A stretch of DNA of 64,000 bases from an uncultured Candidatus Rokubacteria bacterium. GTDB taxonomy: Bacteria > Methylomirabilota > Methylomirabilia > Rokubacteriales > CSP1-6. Each line of letters opens with the position of its first letter. Positions within the stretch are counted from its first letter, which is position 1. Made by a program: the position numbers and the translations under genes. Under the pieces are notes generated by a model. The model was not told the origin of the DNA. It worked only from the letters and a program-made list of their open reading frames with translations, and made no database searches. Shown one piece after another: positions 22,831-32,769 of the stretch. The stretch covers positions 352,001 through 416,000 of the forward strand of contig CAVXJS010000021.1 in the NCBI GenBank assembly GCA_963762145.1. Direction: 5' to 3'.

Positions 22831-24306
22831 TCAACGGAGCAGCGGGATGACGGCGGCCTGGGCCAGGTCGAAGAGGGGGCCGGGCAGCCACGCCGAGCTG
22901 CATCACGCCCCAGAGGGCCACCACCAGGGCCAGCGCGCCGGAGAAGGACGGGGCCATCACGGTGGGCGCGCCCTCGGGCTCGCGCATGTACATGAACACG
23001 ATCAGGCGCAGGTAGTAGTAGGCGGCCACCGCGGAGTTCAGCACGCCGATCACGGCCAGCCACACGTAGCCCGACTTCACCGCGGCGCCGAAGAGGTAGA
23101 ACTTGCCCACGAAGCCCGCGGTGGGCGGGATGCCGATCAGCGAGAGCAGGAACACCGACAGCGCCACCGCCAGCACCGGGTGCCGCGCGGCGAGCCCGCC
23201 GTAGTCGGCGATCTGCACCGCCTCGCGCCCGTTGCGCTCGAGCAGCAGCACCGCCCCGAAGGCGCCCGCGGTGGTGAACGTGTACACGAGCAGGTAGAAG
23301 AGCACCGCGCCGTTGCCCAGCGAGCCGCCCGCCACCACCCCCACCAGCATGTAGCCCACGTGGGCGATCGAGGAGTAGGCGAGCATGCGCTTGATGTTCT
23401 GCTGGGCGAGCGCCACCACGTTGCCCACCGTCATGGTGATCGCGGCCATGCCCCACATGAGCATCGGCCAGTCGAGCGGGGCGCCGCGCAGCGCGGTGAG
23501 CAGCACGCGCAGGAGCGAGGCGAAGGCGGCCGCCTTGGAGCCGGTGGCGATGAACGCGGTGATCGAGGTGGGCGCGCCCTCGTACGCGTCGGGCGCCCAC
23601 ATGTGGAACGGCACCGAGGAGATCTTGAAGCCGAAGCCGACGAGCAGGAGGCCGAAGCCGATCGGCCAGCATCGGGTCGCGCCCCGCCCCCGCCGCGACC
23701 GCGTTCGCGATGCGGTCGAGGTTGGTGGTTCCGGTGGCCCCGAAGATGAGCGCGATGCCGTAGAGGAAGAACCCGGAGGCGAAGGCGCCCATCAGGAAGT
23801 ACTTCAGCGAGGCCTCGCCCGCCTCGAGGCGGTGGCGGAAGAACCCGGTGAGCACGTAGAGCGCGATCGACATCGTCTCGAGGCCGAGGAAGACGATGAT
23901 CAGGTCGCCCGCGGAGGCCATCAGCATCATGCCCGAGGGCGGAGAGGAGGATCAGGATGTAGAACTCGCCCGCCTCCTGGCCCTCGCGCCGGATGTAGTC
24001 CATCGACAGCAGGATGACGAGGCCGGTCGCGTAGCCGATCACCACGTTGAAGAAGAGCGCGTAGGGGTCGAGCACCACCATGCCGCGAAAGCCGCGCAGC
24101 TCGCCCCCGCCGATCGAGAACGTCATCCAGTAGGTCATGATCAGGGTCAGCACCACCCCGAGCGCGCTGACGAAGCCCAGGTGGTCCTTGCGCACCCGCG
24201 GGGGCAGCAGGTCGAGCACGATCACCACGAACACGGTGGCGGCCAGCACCAGCATCGGCAGGAGGGGCCGCAGGTCCACCACCGGCAGCACGAGCGCCGG
24301 GTTCAC
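22831..24306 (-). CDS. nuoN: NADH-quinone oxidoreductase subunit N (frameshifted)
   Basis: FLGLETMS, EASLKYF, PFHMWAPDAYEGAPT, KRMLAYSSIAHVGY, GFVGKF, YYYLR. Confidence 0.93.
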
Positions 24307-25820
24307 CGCGTCACCATCGCGGAGGCGGTCGCCTGGGCCTTGCTCTGCACCTGGGCGATCAGCGCCTGCACGCTCGGCTCGGTCATCGCGGTGAACGTGG
24401 TCGGGTACACCCCGATCCAGAAGATGAACAGGAGCACCGGCAGGAGCACCGCCCACTCGCGGGGGCTCAGGTCGGTCAGCCGGCGATTCGCCTCGTGGGT
24501 GACCTCGCCGAAGCACACCCGCTGGTACATCCAGAGCAGGTAGACCGCGGCGAAGATGATGCCGGAGGTGGCCAGCACCGCGGCGAGCCGGTTCACCTGG
24601 AACGCGCCCACCAGGACGAGGAACTCGCCCACGAAGCCGTTGAGGCCGGGCAGCCCCACCGAGGAGAGACACACCACCAGGAAGATGACGCTGAAGGCGG
24701 GGATGACCTTCCACAGCCCGCCGAAGTCGGCGATGAGCCGGGTGTGCCGGCGCTCGTAGATCATGCCGACCATGAGGAAGAGGGCGCCGGTGCTGAGCCC
24801 GTGGTTCACCATCTGGATGAGGCCGCCCACCATCCCCTGCGCGGTGAGGGTGAAGAGGCCCAGGACCACGAAGCCCAGGTGGCTCACGCTGGAATAGGCC
24901 ACCAGCTTCTTGATGTCGGCCTGCACGGTGGAGACCCACGCCCCGTAGATGATGCCGACCACGGAGAGCGCGAACATCCACGGCGCGTAGTGAAGGCTCG
25001 CGTCCGGGAACAGGGGCAGGCAGAAGCGGAGGAAGCCGTAGGTGCCCATCTTCAGGAGCACGCCGGCCAGGATCACGCTGCCCGCGGTGGGCGCCTCCAC
25101 GTGGGCGTCGGGCAGCCACGTGTGGAACGGGAACATCGGCACCTTGATCGCGAACGCGAGCGCGAAGGCGAAGAACATCAGGTCCTGCGCCCGCCCGCCC
25201 GGCAGCACGTAGCGCGCGAGCACCGGCAGGTCGAAGGTGTAGACGTTGGTCGCCGCGCCGTGCTGGAAGTAGAGGGCCAGGATGGCGACCAGCATCAGGA
25301 GCGAGCCGGCCAGCGTATAGAGGATGAACTTGACCGCCGCGTAGATCCGGTTGTGTCCGCCCCAGATCCCGATGATGAGGTACATCGGGATCAGCATCGC
25401 CTCCCAGAACACGTAGAAGAGGAAGAGGTCGAGGGCCACGAAGACCCCGACCATCCCCGCCTCCAGCAGCAGCATGGTGATCGCGAACTCCTTCCACCGC
25501 GACTCCACCGACGTCCACGAGGACAGGATCACGAGCGGCATCAGGAAGGTGGTCAGCAGCACGAGCAGCACGCTGATGCCGTCCACCCCCAGGTGATAGC
25601 TCACCCCCAGCGACGGGATCCACGCCTTCTGCTCCACGAACTGGTACTCCGCCGAGGTGGGATCGAAGCTGAAGTAGAGCGGGAGCGAGATCACGAAGGT
25701 CACCACGGTGGCGCCCAGGGCCACCAGCTTCGTGACGTGCTCCTGGCGGCGCGGCAGCAGCAGCACGAGCACGGCGGCCACCGCCGGCAGGAAGGTGACG
25801 AGCGTGAGCAGGTAGGCCAT
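24303..25820 (-). CDS. nuoM: NADH-quinone oxidoreductase subunit M
   Basis: GVDGIS, FWEAMLIPMY, FAIKVPMFPFHTWLPDAHVEAPTAGSV, LLKMGTYG, GLPGLNGFVGEF. Confidence 0.97.
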   Translation of the reverse strand: MAYLLTLVTFLPAVAAVLVLLLPRRQEHVTKLVALGATVVTFVISLPLYFSFDPTSAEYQFVEQKAWIPSLGVSYHLGVDGISVLLVLLTTFLMPLVILSSWTSVESRWKEFAITMLLLEAGMVGVFVALDLFLFYVFWEAMLIPMYLIIGIWGGHNRIYAAVKFILYTLAGSLLMLVAILALYFQHGAATNVYTFDLPVLARYVLPGGRAQDLMFFAFALAFAIKVPMFPFHTWLPDAHVEAPTAGSVILAGVLLKMGTYGFLRFCLPLFPDASLHYAPWMFALSVVGIIYGAWVSTVQADIKKLVAYSSVSHLGFVVLGLFTLTAQGMVGGLIQMVNHGLSTGALFLMVGMIYERRHTRLIADFGGLWKVIPAFSVIFLVVCLSSVGLPGLNGFVGEFLVLVGAFQVNRLAAVLATSGIIFAAVYLLWMYQRVCFGEVTHEANRRLTDLSPREWAVLLPVLLFIFWIGVYPTTFTAMTEPSVQALIAQVQSKAQATASAMVTR

Positions 25821-25825
25821 GCGGG

Positions 25826-27706
25826 CTACCGGCGCGCCAGGAGGTAGGCGACCACGGCCACCGCGCCCAGCAGGATGCCGAGCGCGTAGTTCATCACGAA
25901 GCCGGTCTGGACCAGGCGCAGGCCTCGGGCCCAGGCCAGCACCGCGTTCGCGGAGCCGTTGACGAGCCCGTCGATGACGCGCGGATCGAAGACGCGCGCG
26001 AGCCAGAGCGAGAGATGGTAGATCGGCCGCACGAACAGGAAGTCGTAGATCTCGTCCACGTAGTACTTCTCGAGCAGCAGCTTGTGCACCGGGTTGCGCG
26101 GCACCCCGATCGACGCGGCCCGCACCGGCGTGCGTCCGTAGACGAACCAGGCCAGCGCCACCCCCGCGATCGCGATCACCGCGGAGACCAGCAGGAGCGT
26201 GAACGCGATGCCCGCGCCGTGCTCGCCCTCCTCGACCGGCAGCACCGGCGCGAGGAAGCGCGCGAACGGGGTGCCGGTGGACGACGGGATGCCGACCGCG
26301 AGGCCCGCCACCACGGTGGCGACGGCCAGGATCATCAGCGGGACCGTCATGCTGGCCGGCGACTCGTGGATGTGGTGCGCCACTTCCTTGGACATGCGCG
26401 GCGCGCCGAAGAACGCGAGGAACACGAGGCGGAACGTGTAGAACGCGGTCATGAACGCGCCCACGAGCAGGAGCAGCCACAGGAAATAGTGGTGCTCGTG
26501 GAACACGGAGGCGAGGATCTCGTCCTTGGAGAAGAAGCCGGCCAGCGGCGGCACCCCCGCGAGGCCGAAGGCCCCGATCAGGAACGTGACCGTGGTGGTC
26601 ATCATGCGCGGGGCGAGGCCGCCCATCTTGCGCAGGTCCTGCTCGCCGCCCAGCCCGTGGATCACGCTGCCCGCGCCCAGGAAGAGCAGCGCCTTGAAGA
26701 AGGCGTGCGTCACCAGGTGGAAGATGCCCGCCGCGTACGCGCCCACTCCCACGCCCACGAACATGTAGCCGAGCTGGCTGATGGTGGAGTAGGCGAGCAC
26801 GCGCTTGATGTCGGTCTGCACGAGGCCGATGGTGGCCGCGAACACCGCGGTGATGCCGCCCACCCACGCCACGATCTCGAGGGAGAGCGGGGCCATCTCG
26901 AAGAGCTTGTGGCAGCGCGCCACCATGTAGACGCCCGCGGTCACCATCGTCGCGGCGTGGATGAGGGCGGAGACCGGCGTCGGCCCCTCCATCGCGTCGG
27001 GCAGCCAGGTGAAGAGCGGGAGCTGCGCCGACTTGCCGCACGCGCCGATGAAGAGGAGGAGCGCGATGGCGAGGTAGACGTTCGTGCTCACGCTCGCGTC
27101 GGCCTTGGCGAAGACCTCGCCGTAGTTGAGCGTGCCGAAGGTCACCCAGATCAGCATGATGCCGAGGCCGAAGCCGAAGTCGCCCACCCGGTTGACGATG
27201 AAGGCCTTCTTGCCCGCGTCGGACGCCGCCTTCTTCTCGTACCAGAAGCCGATCAGGAGGTAGGAGCAGAGACCCACCGCCTCCCAGAAGACGTAGAGGA
27301 CGAGGAAGTTGCCGGCCAGCACCAGCATCACCATCGAGAACACGAACATGTTCAGGTAGGTGAAGAAGCGGGCGTAGCCCGGATCGCCGTGCATGTAGCC
27401 GATGGAGTACACGTGGATGAGGAAGCCGACCCCCGTCACCACCAGCAGCATCACCGCGGAGAGCTGGTCCACCTGGGCGGTGACCGCGGTCTTGAAGGTG
27501 CCCGCGACCACCCAGGTGAAGAGGTCACCCGTCCACGTCTCCCCGTTCCAGACCCGGGCGAAGACGAGGCACGACGTCACGAACGAGGCGAGCAGCGCCG
27601 GCACCGACACCCAGTGCGCCCGGTGGCCGACGGCTCGCCCGAAGAGCACGTTGAAGAGGGAGCCGACCAGCGGGAACAGCGGGATCAGCCAGACAAGTCG
27701 TGACAT
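25826..27706 (-). CDS. nuoL: NADH-quinone oxidoreductase subunit L
   Basis: WEAVGLCSYLLIGFW, NRVGD, GKSAQLPL, WLPDAMEGPTPVSALIHAATMVTAG, HAFFKALLF, GFFSKD. Confidence 0.97.
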   Translation of the reverse strand: MSRLVWLIPLFPLVGSLFNVLFGRAVGHRAHWVSVPALLASFVTSCLVFARVWNGETWTGDLFTWVVAGTFKTAVTAQVDQLSAVMLLVVTGVGFLIHVYSIGYMHGDPGYARFFTYLNMFVFSMVMLVLAGNFLVLYVFWEAVGLCSYLLIGFWYEKKAASDAGKKAFIVNRVGDFGFGLGIMLIWVTFGTLNYGEVFAKADASVSTNVYLAIALLLFIGACGKSAQLPLFTWLPDAMEGPTPVSALIHAATMVTAGVYMVARCHKLFEMAPLSLEIVAWVGGITAVFAATIGLVQTDIKRVLAYSTISQLGYMFVGVGVGAYAAGIFHLVTHAFFKALLFLGAGSVIHGLGGEQDLRKMGGLAPRMMTTTVTFLIGAFGLAGVPPLAGFFSKDEILASVFHEHHYFLWLLLLVGAFMTAFYTFRLVFLAFFGAPRMSKEVAHHIHESPASMTVPLMILAVATVVAGLAVGIPSSTGTPFARFLAPVLPVEEGEHGAGIAFTLLLVSAVIAIAGVALAWFVYGRTPVRAASIGVPRNPVHKLLLEKYYVDEIYDFLFVRPIYHLSLWLARVFDPRVIDGLVNGSANAVLAWARGLRLVQTGFVMNYALGILLGAVAVVAYLLARR

Positions 27707-27735
27707 GAGTGTGGTTTCGCGTGCAAACCCGCATC

Positions 27736-27764
27736 ACTCTAAGGGAAAGGGATCAGGGTGTCAA
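27736..27764 (-). promoter_or_regulatory. sigma70 promoter for nuoLMN
   Basis: TTGACA-17nt-TAGAGT, 29 nt upstream of nuoL ATG. Confidence 0.75.
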
Positions 27765-28222
27765 GGATGCGGCGGGTCGCCGCCGTCGCGCAGCCGGGGC
27801 TCCACGAAGCGAAAATACATCAGCGGAATCAAGTAGAAGAGCAGCAGGTGCCCGGAAAGCAGGCGCACGCTTCCGACGCTGTCGTCGATGAGAAAGAGCG
27901 AGAGCGCCAGGTTCATCAGGACGTACACGAGCACCGCCACGCCAGCCCGCCGGGCCCCCGGGGGGATGAGAGCGACCAGGCTTCGCCACTCCACCATCCG
28001 GATCGTGCCCTGCCCCCGTGCGGGAGTGGCCGTCTCGCGGAGGCGGACGATCAAGGCGGCCAGCAGCACGAAGGCGCCCGCGAACAGCACCAGGGCGACC
28101 GCGGCGGCGTGGGCGGGCGGAAACGGGGTGAAGGTGGCGAGGTGGAGCGCCGCGCTGGCGACGAAGCCTGCCGTCGCGGTTACGCGGAAGATTTTTCCCC
28201 AGTCTCTTTGGTGGGTGGACAC
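27761..28222 (-). CDS. Hypothetical 4-TM membrane protein
   Basis: Four hydrophobic segments, RLLSGH motif; TATGCT -10-like element upstream of GTG. Confidence 0.65.
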   Translation of the reverse strand: MSTHQRDWGKIFRVTATAGFVASAALHLATFTPFPPAHAAAVALVLFAGAFVLLAALIVRLRETATPARGQGTIRMVEWRSLVALIPPGARRAGVAVLVYVLMNLALSLFLIDDSVGSVRLLSGHLLLFYLIPLMYFRFVEPRLRDGGDPPHP

Positions 28223-28410
28223 GGGTCCCTGTCTAGCATAAACGGGAGCTTCTCTTTTTGAATGCGCTCGGCTCGCCTTCGGCTCGCCTCGCAAAGCTTC
28301 GGCCGCGGACGACCCGGTGTGTCTTGTCTGTTTTCGGCCCGTGGTTCTCGGCCCGCGTGGGCACGTGGCAAAACTTAGGCGTGAATTGGGGTGGCTGCTA
28401 ACATGGCTGC

Positions 28411-29850
28411 GTGGCTCGCTCGAGCGCGCGCGTGTGGCTCATCCTCTTCGGCGTGCCCATCCTCCTCGTGCTGGGGGCGATCGGGTATCTCGCCTGGCGG
28501 CAGAGCGTGTCGGCGGTGCGCGTGGAGTTCCAGCCGGTGCCGCAGTTCATCGGCGCGCGCACGCCGATCACGCTGGTCCTGCGCGCCACGCGCGGCGGGG
28601 TCGAGTCGGTGGACATCCGGCTCAACCAGGGCGGCACCCGGGTCAACGTCGCGCAGCAGACCTTCTCGGGCGGCCCCCCCGGCAACGAGCAGCGGGTGCA
28701 GCTCATCGTGGCGGGCGGCACGCTCGGCCTGCGCGAGGGCGCGGCGAACCTGGAAGTGCGCGCGCGCGACGGCTTCTGGCGGCCCATTCGCGTCGACGAT
28801 CGGATGATCGCGAACGTGCCGGTCATGCTCGACTTCACGCCGCCCACCCTCGAGATCCTGGCCTCGACGCGCTATCTCTCCCGCGGCGGCGGCGGGCTGG
28901 TCGCGATGCGCGCCAGGGGCGCCGCGCGGGTCGGGGTCAACGTGGGCGACATGTTCTTCCCCGGCTTCCCCGCGGGCGCGCCGGACACCGGGCTGCACGC
29001 GGTGCTCTACGCGCTGCCGTGGAACCTGGCGCCCAACGCGCCGGTCACCGCCACCGCGCAGGACGAGGCCGGCAACGCGGTCTCGCGCGCGCTCGCGGTG
29101 GACATCCGCCCGCGCAAGTTTCCGATGGACACCATCGACGTGAGCGAGCAGTTCCTCGCGAGCAAGATGCCGGAGCTCCTGCCCGAGCGCGGCCAGATCC
29201 CGCCCGATCAGCTCCTCTCCGCCTTCCTCACCGTGAACCGCGACAAGCGGAAGGAAGCCGAGGAGATGAAGAAGAAGCTCGCCCAGAAGAGCAAGCCGAC
29301 GCCGCTCTTCGAGGGCGCGTTCATCCAGCCGCGCAACACGAAGGTGTTCTCCAACTTCGCGGAGACGCGCACCTATCGCTATCAGGGCAAGGACGTGGAC
29401 ACCCAGGTGCACCTGGGCTACGACCTGGCGTCACTGAAGAACAGTCCGATCCCCGCGGCCAACTCGGGCGTCGTCGTCTTCGCGGCGCCGCTCAACATCT
29501 ACGGCAACACGGTGGTGGTGGATCACGGCTGGGGCCTGCAGACGCTCTACGGCCATCTCTCCACCATCGAGGTGAAGGAAGGCGACGAGGTGAAGAAGGG
29601 GCAGGCGCTCGGCAAGAGCGGCGCCACCGGCCTCGCGCTCGGCGACCACCTGCACTTCGAGGTCCTCATGCAGGGCGTCTCGGTCACGCCCGTCGAATGG
29701 TGGGACGGCAAGTGGATCCGCGACCACGTCGGCCGCCCGCTCCGCGAGGCCAACATCCCGCTCCTGCAGTCCGATCAGCCGGCCGCGGACGCGAGCGAGG
29801 AACGCCCCGCGTCCGCCCCGACGCCGCGCCGCCGCACCCGCGGCCGCTAG
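28411..29850 (+). CDS. M23 family metallopeptidase, membrane anchored
   Basis: HLGYDLA, YGNTVVVDHG, YGHLS, DHLHF. Confidence 0.93.
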   Translation: MARSSARVWLILFGVPILLVLGAIGYLAWRQSVSAVRVEFQPVPQFIGARTPITLVLRATRGGVESVDIRLNQGGTRVNVAQQTFSGGPPGNEQRVQLIVAGGTLGLREGAANLEVRARDGFWRPIRVDDRMIANVPVMLDFTPPTLEILASTRYLSRGGGGLVAMRARGAARVGVNVGDMFFPGFPAGAPDTGLHAVLYALPWNLAPNAPVTATAQDEAGNAVSRALAVDIRPRKFPMDTIDVSEQFLASKMPELLPERGQIPPDQLLSAFLTVNRDKRKEAEEMKKKLAQKSKPTPLFEGAFIQPRNTKVFSNFAETRTYRYQGKDVDTQVHLGYDLASLKNSPIPAANSGVVVFAAPLNIYGNTVVVDHGWGLQTLYGHLSTIEVKEGDEVKKGQALGKSGATGLALGDHLHFEVLMQGVSVTPVEWWDGKWIRDHVGRPLREANIPLLQSDQPAADASEERPASAPTPRRRTRGR

Positions 29851-31421
29851 CTACCCGCGTCCTCGTCGAGGTCGTCGTCCTGGCCCCGGCCGGCCCGGCC
29901 GATGCTCCGGTCCACGAAGAGGGCGAGGAGCTGCCCGCCCTCGACCAGCTCCGGATCCGGGTTCGGCCGATGCACCTGCACCGTGAGCAGGAACCAGCCG
30001 TCCCCGAGGAGGCGCCGCGCCTCGATGAGGCCCGAGGACTCCTCGTCCTGGGTGAGGAAGTCGGGGTTGCCCAGCGTGAAGAACTTCGGGTTGTGCGCGG
30101 CCACCTGGATGAGCTCGCCGGTCGCGATCTGGTAGAGCCAGATCTTGGCCACGCGGTCGCTGTTGCCGGGATCCTCGTCCATCAGGATGCGGCCCCAGCG
30201 GTCGATGGTCACGTTGTCGAGCATCCCGTGGCCCTCGTCGCCCTTGAGCAGGATCTCGATCGTCCCGCCCCGCTCGGGCTCCTCGACGTCGTCGAAGCGC
30301 AGCCGCCACAGGCGGCAGTTGCTGGTCAGGCTCGCGGTGGTCACGAAGTAGAAGTCGTCGCGGCGCTTCGCGCGGGGATCCCAGGCGCCGTCCTCCGGGC
30401 GCTGCAGCCGCGTGACCCCGGCCGCGATCGACATCTGCTCGAGCTCGAGCGCGCTCAGGTTGGAGACGTCGCCGAGGTCGCGCATCGCGAACCGGCCCTT
30501 GCCGACGAACGTCGAGGTGCCGAGGCCGAAGGCATTGCTCTCCTCGGTGACCGGCTGGCCGTCCACCGAGACCGCCACGCCGTAGAGCCGGCCGTTCGTC
30601 AGGCCCGCCTGCTCGATCGGGTGGCCTTTCCTCGTCTTCGTGCCGACGTAGACGTAGACCTCGCTCGGGAAACCGGCCGCGTTCGGCGCGGTGCTCAGCG
30701 CGCTGTCGTCGCCCATGATCACCACCGTCTTGAGCTGCGGGTGGGGACTCGCCACCGCGTTCTCGTAGGCGAGACGCCCGAGCCGCGGGAGCTGCCACGC
30801 TTCGCCCTTGTGCTTGCCGGAGGCGATGCGCGCCCAGCCGCGGCCCTGCGTCACCTCCTCGCCGTTCATGTAGATGCGGTCCTTGGTGCCGAGGCCGCGA
30901 TAGGAGAAGGCCCCCTCGGCGGCCAGATCCGCGGAGCAGAGGCGCTCCCAGACGGTGGTCCCGGGGACGTACGCTCCGGTCGCCGCGTCCCAGAGCCGCA
31001 CGTCGGCGGCCGAGGGCGTGAGGTCCTCGCCCTTCGTCACCTCGAGCGTCCGCGGATTGATCGTCCAGGCCGAGACGAAGGCCCCCTTCGAGCCGTGGGC
31101 GCGCGCGATGCCCGCGGTGGCGGTGAGCTCGTGATTCATCAGCAGCGTGAAGCTGTTCCGCGGGCCGTCGTGGCCGCCCAGCCCGTCCGGGATGCCGACC
31201 ATCCGATAGCCCCCCACGCTGTCCCCGACGGTCAGGATGGACACCGTCTGGACGCCGGGCAGGGCCGGCAGCAGATACGGCTCCGTCGTCGTGCTGGGCC
31301 CGATGTTGTGCGGCACGCGCGGCCCGCCGCTCCTGCTCTCATCCGCCCGCGAGCGGGGCGGGCTCGACAGCAGGAGCGGCGCCGTGGCGAGGGTCCCCTT
31401 CAGGAATGACCGTCTCTTCAT
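29847..31421 (-). CDS. PhoX/DUF839-like alkaline phosphatase with Tat signal
   Basis: KRRSFLKG signal, PDGLG, MNHE, RLCS, ENAV, RPEDG, DNVT, ESSG. Confidence 0.75.
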   Translation of the reverse strand: MKRRSFLKGTLATAPLLLSSPPRSRADESRSGGPRVPHNIGPSTTTEPYLLPALPGVQTVSILTVGDSVGGYRMVGIPDGLGGHDGPRNSFTLLMNHELTATAGIARAHGSKGAFVSAWTINPRTLEVTKGEDLTPSAADVRLWDAATGAYVPGTTVWERLCSADLAAEGAFSYRGLGTKDRIYMNGEEVTQGRGWARIASGKHKGEAWQLPRLGRLAYENAVASPHPQLKTVVIMGDDSALSTAPNAAGFPSEVYVYVGTKTRKGHPIEQAGLTNGRLYGVAVSVDGQPVTEESNAFGLGTSTFVGKGRFAMRDLGDVSNLSALELEQMSIAAGVTRLQRPEDGAWDPRAKRRDDFYFVTTASLTSNCRLWRLRFDDVEEPERGGTIEILLKGDEGHGMLDNVTIDRWGRILMDEDPGNSDRVAKIWLYQIATGELIQVAAHNPKFFTLGNPDFLTQDEESSGLIEARRLLGDGWFLLTVQVHRPNPDPELVEGGQLLALFVDRSIGRAGRGQDDDLDEDAGS

Positions 31422-31514
31422 GAGAGCCTCCGTCGTAAGGGTGATCTACGAGGACGGCTCCTTGTAGCAGGCAAGAATGATGAACGCGTGACGACTCCGC
31501 GAACCTTCCATGAC

Positions 31515-31598
31515 GGGGTCAGGTCTTACATTCCGACATTTTCAAACGCCCGCGACTCACCTACTGGGCGGAAATGTCGGAATGTAAGACCTGACCCC
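31515..31598. repeat. REPIN/MITE-like palindromic element, family A copy 2
   Basis: Perfect 27-bp inverted arms GGGGTCAGGTCTTACATTCCGACATTT / AAATGTCGGAATGTAAGACCTGACCCC, 30-nt spacer. Confidence 0.88.
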
Positions 31599-32769
31599 AG
31601 AGGGTGCGGGGCGGGATGAAGTCGCCGATGATGCCCATCAGGGTGCCGAGCAGCGCCGGGCGACGCTGGAGGAAGCGCGCGGCGGGGTTGGCAAGCCCGC
31701 GGTGTGCGATGACGAGCTGCAGCGCCCGCGTGACGCGCGCCTTGTCCGCGAACGCCGCGCGCCGGGCCCGCGCGTAGGGCGCGAGCGCGCCCGCCGACAC
31801 GTCGCCGGCGGTCAGCGCGGGATGCGCCACCTCCGCGAGCAGCTCCGCGGAGCGCAGCGCGGTGTAGAGCCCCTCGCCGGTGAACGGATCGTAGAAGCCG
31901 GCCGCGTCTCCCGCGAGCAGCACGCCCCCCACGCGCGGCTCCCCCACGCGATACGCGAGCGGCCCCATCGCCATCACCGGCCCCTCGGCCTTCATGCCGG
32001 CCACCCGCGCGGGCACGTGGCGCAGCTGCCGCAGCCGCGCCTCCATGAAGGTCTCGAGCCGCGCGCTGTACGGCCGGGCGTGCGCCAGCGGCACCACCAG
32101 GCCGAGGTTGACGATGCCCGGCGCCACCGGATTGAGGATGCAGTAGTCGGGCGGGTCCACGTAGATCTCGCCCCGATCGCCGAGCCCCTCGACGCCGCTC
32201 ACGTGCCGGATGAGCGCCAGCCGCCGCAGCCGATGCGGGCGCACCAGCCCGAGCGCGCGCGCGACCACCGAGGCGCGCCCGTCGGCGCCCACCACCAGCC
32301 GGCTGCGCAGCTCGACCGGCGCGCCGGCCGCGTCCTCCACCTTGACGCCCCGCACGCGGCCGCGCTCCACGATCAGCCCGGTCACGCGATGCCGCTCGCG
32401 CACGTCCACCGGCAGCGCCCGCGCCCGCTCCAGCAGGATGCGGTCGAAGACCTCGCGCCGGATCGCGAGCGCGTGATCGCGGTACCCGCGCCACGGCCCG
32501 CTGGTCGGATACGTGCCGTCGAGCACGGTGCCGTCGGGCGCGACGATGCGCATGCCGCTCAACGGCTGCGCCCCCGCCGCGTCCACCGCCTTCAGGACTC
32601 CCAGCCGGTCCATCACGCGCGCCGCTTCGGGCGAGAGGTACTCGCCGCAGATCTTCGGGCGCGGAAACTCGGCCTTGTCGAGCAGGGTGACCGACCACCC
32701 GCGCTCGGCCAGCAGGATCGCGGCCGCGCTGCCCGCCGGACCGCCGCCGACGACCACGACGTCGATCAT
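31561..32769 (-). CDS. FAD-dependent oxidoreductase, geranylgeranyl reductase/hydroxylase-like
   Basis: VVVGGGPAGS, FPRPKICGE, VGADGRAS, AGDAAGFYDPFTGEG. Confidence 0.88.
   Translation of the reverse strand: MIDVVVVGGGPAGSAAAILLAERGWSVTLLDKAEFPRPKICGEYLSPEAARVMDRLGVLKAVDAAGAQPLSGMRIVAPDGTVLDGTYPTSGPWRGYRDHALAIRREVFDRILLERARALPVDVRERHRVTGLIVERGRVRGVKVEDAAGAPVELRSRLVVGADGRASVVARALGLVRPHRLRRLALIRHVSGVEGLGDRGEIYVDPPDYCILNPVAPGIVNLGLVVPLAHARPYSARLETFMEARLRQLRHVPARVAGMKAEGPVMAMGPLAYRVGEPRVGGVLLAGDAAGFYDPFTGEGLYTALRSAELLAEVAHPALTAGDVSAGALAPYARARRAAFADKARVTRALQLVIAHRGLANPAARFLQRRPALLGTLMGIIGDFIPPRTLWGQVLHSDISAQ

Noticed and set aside
24303-27041. Apparent 912-aa or other fusion ORFs in the track (also 38022-40166, 42966-45551, 51708-53690, 14520-15989)
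   Set aside because: The real genes start at internal ATG/GTG codons; the extensions are off-frame readthrough of the upstream gene or indel artefacts
28265-28292. Short tandem GGCTCGCCT repeat in an intergenic region
   Set aside because: Only two to three short units with no second copy seen in the window; too little to call an element
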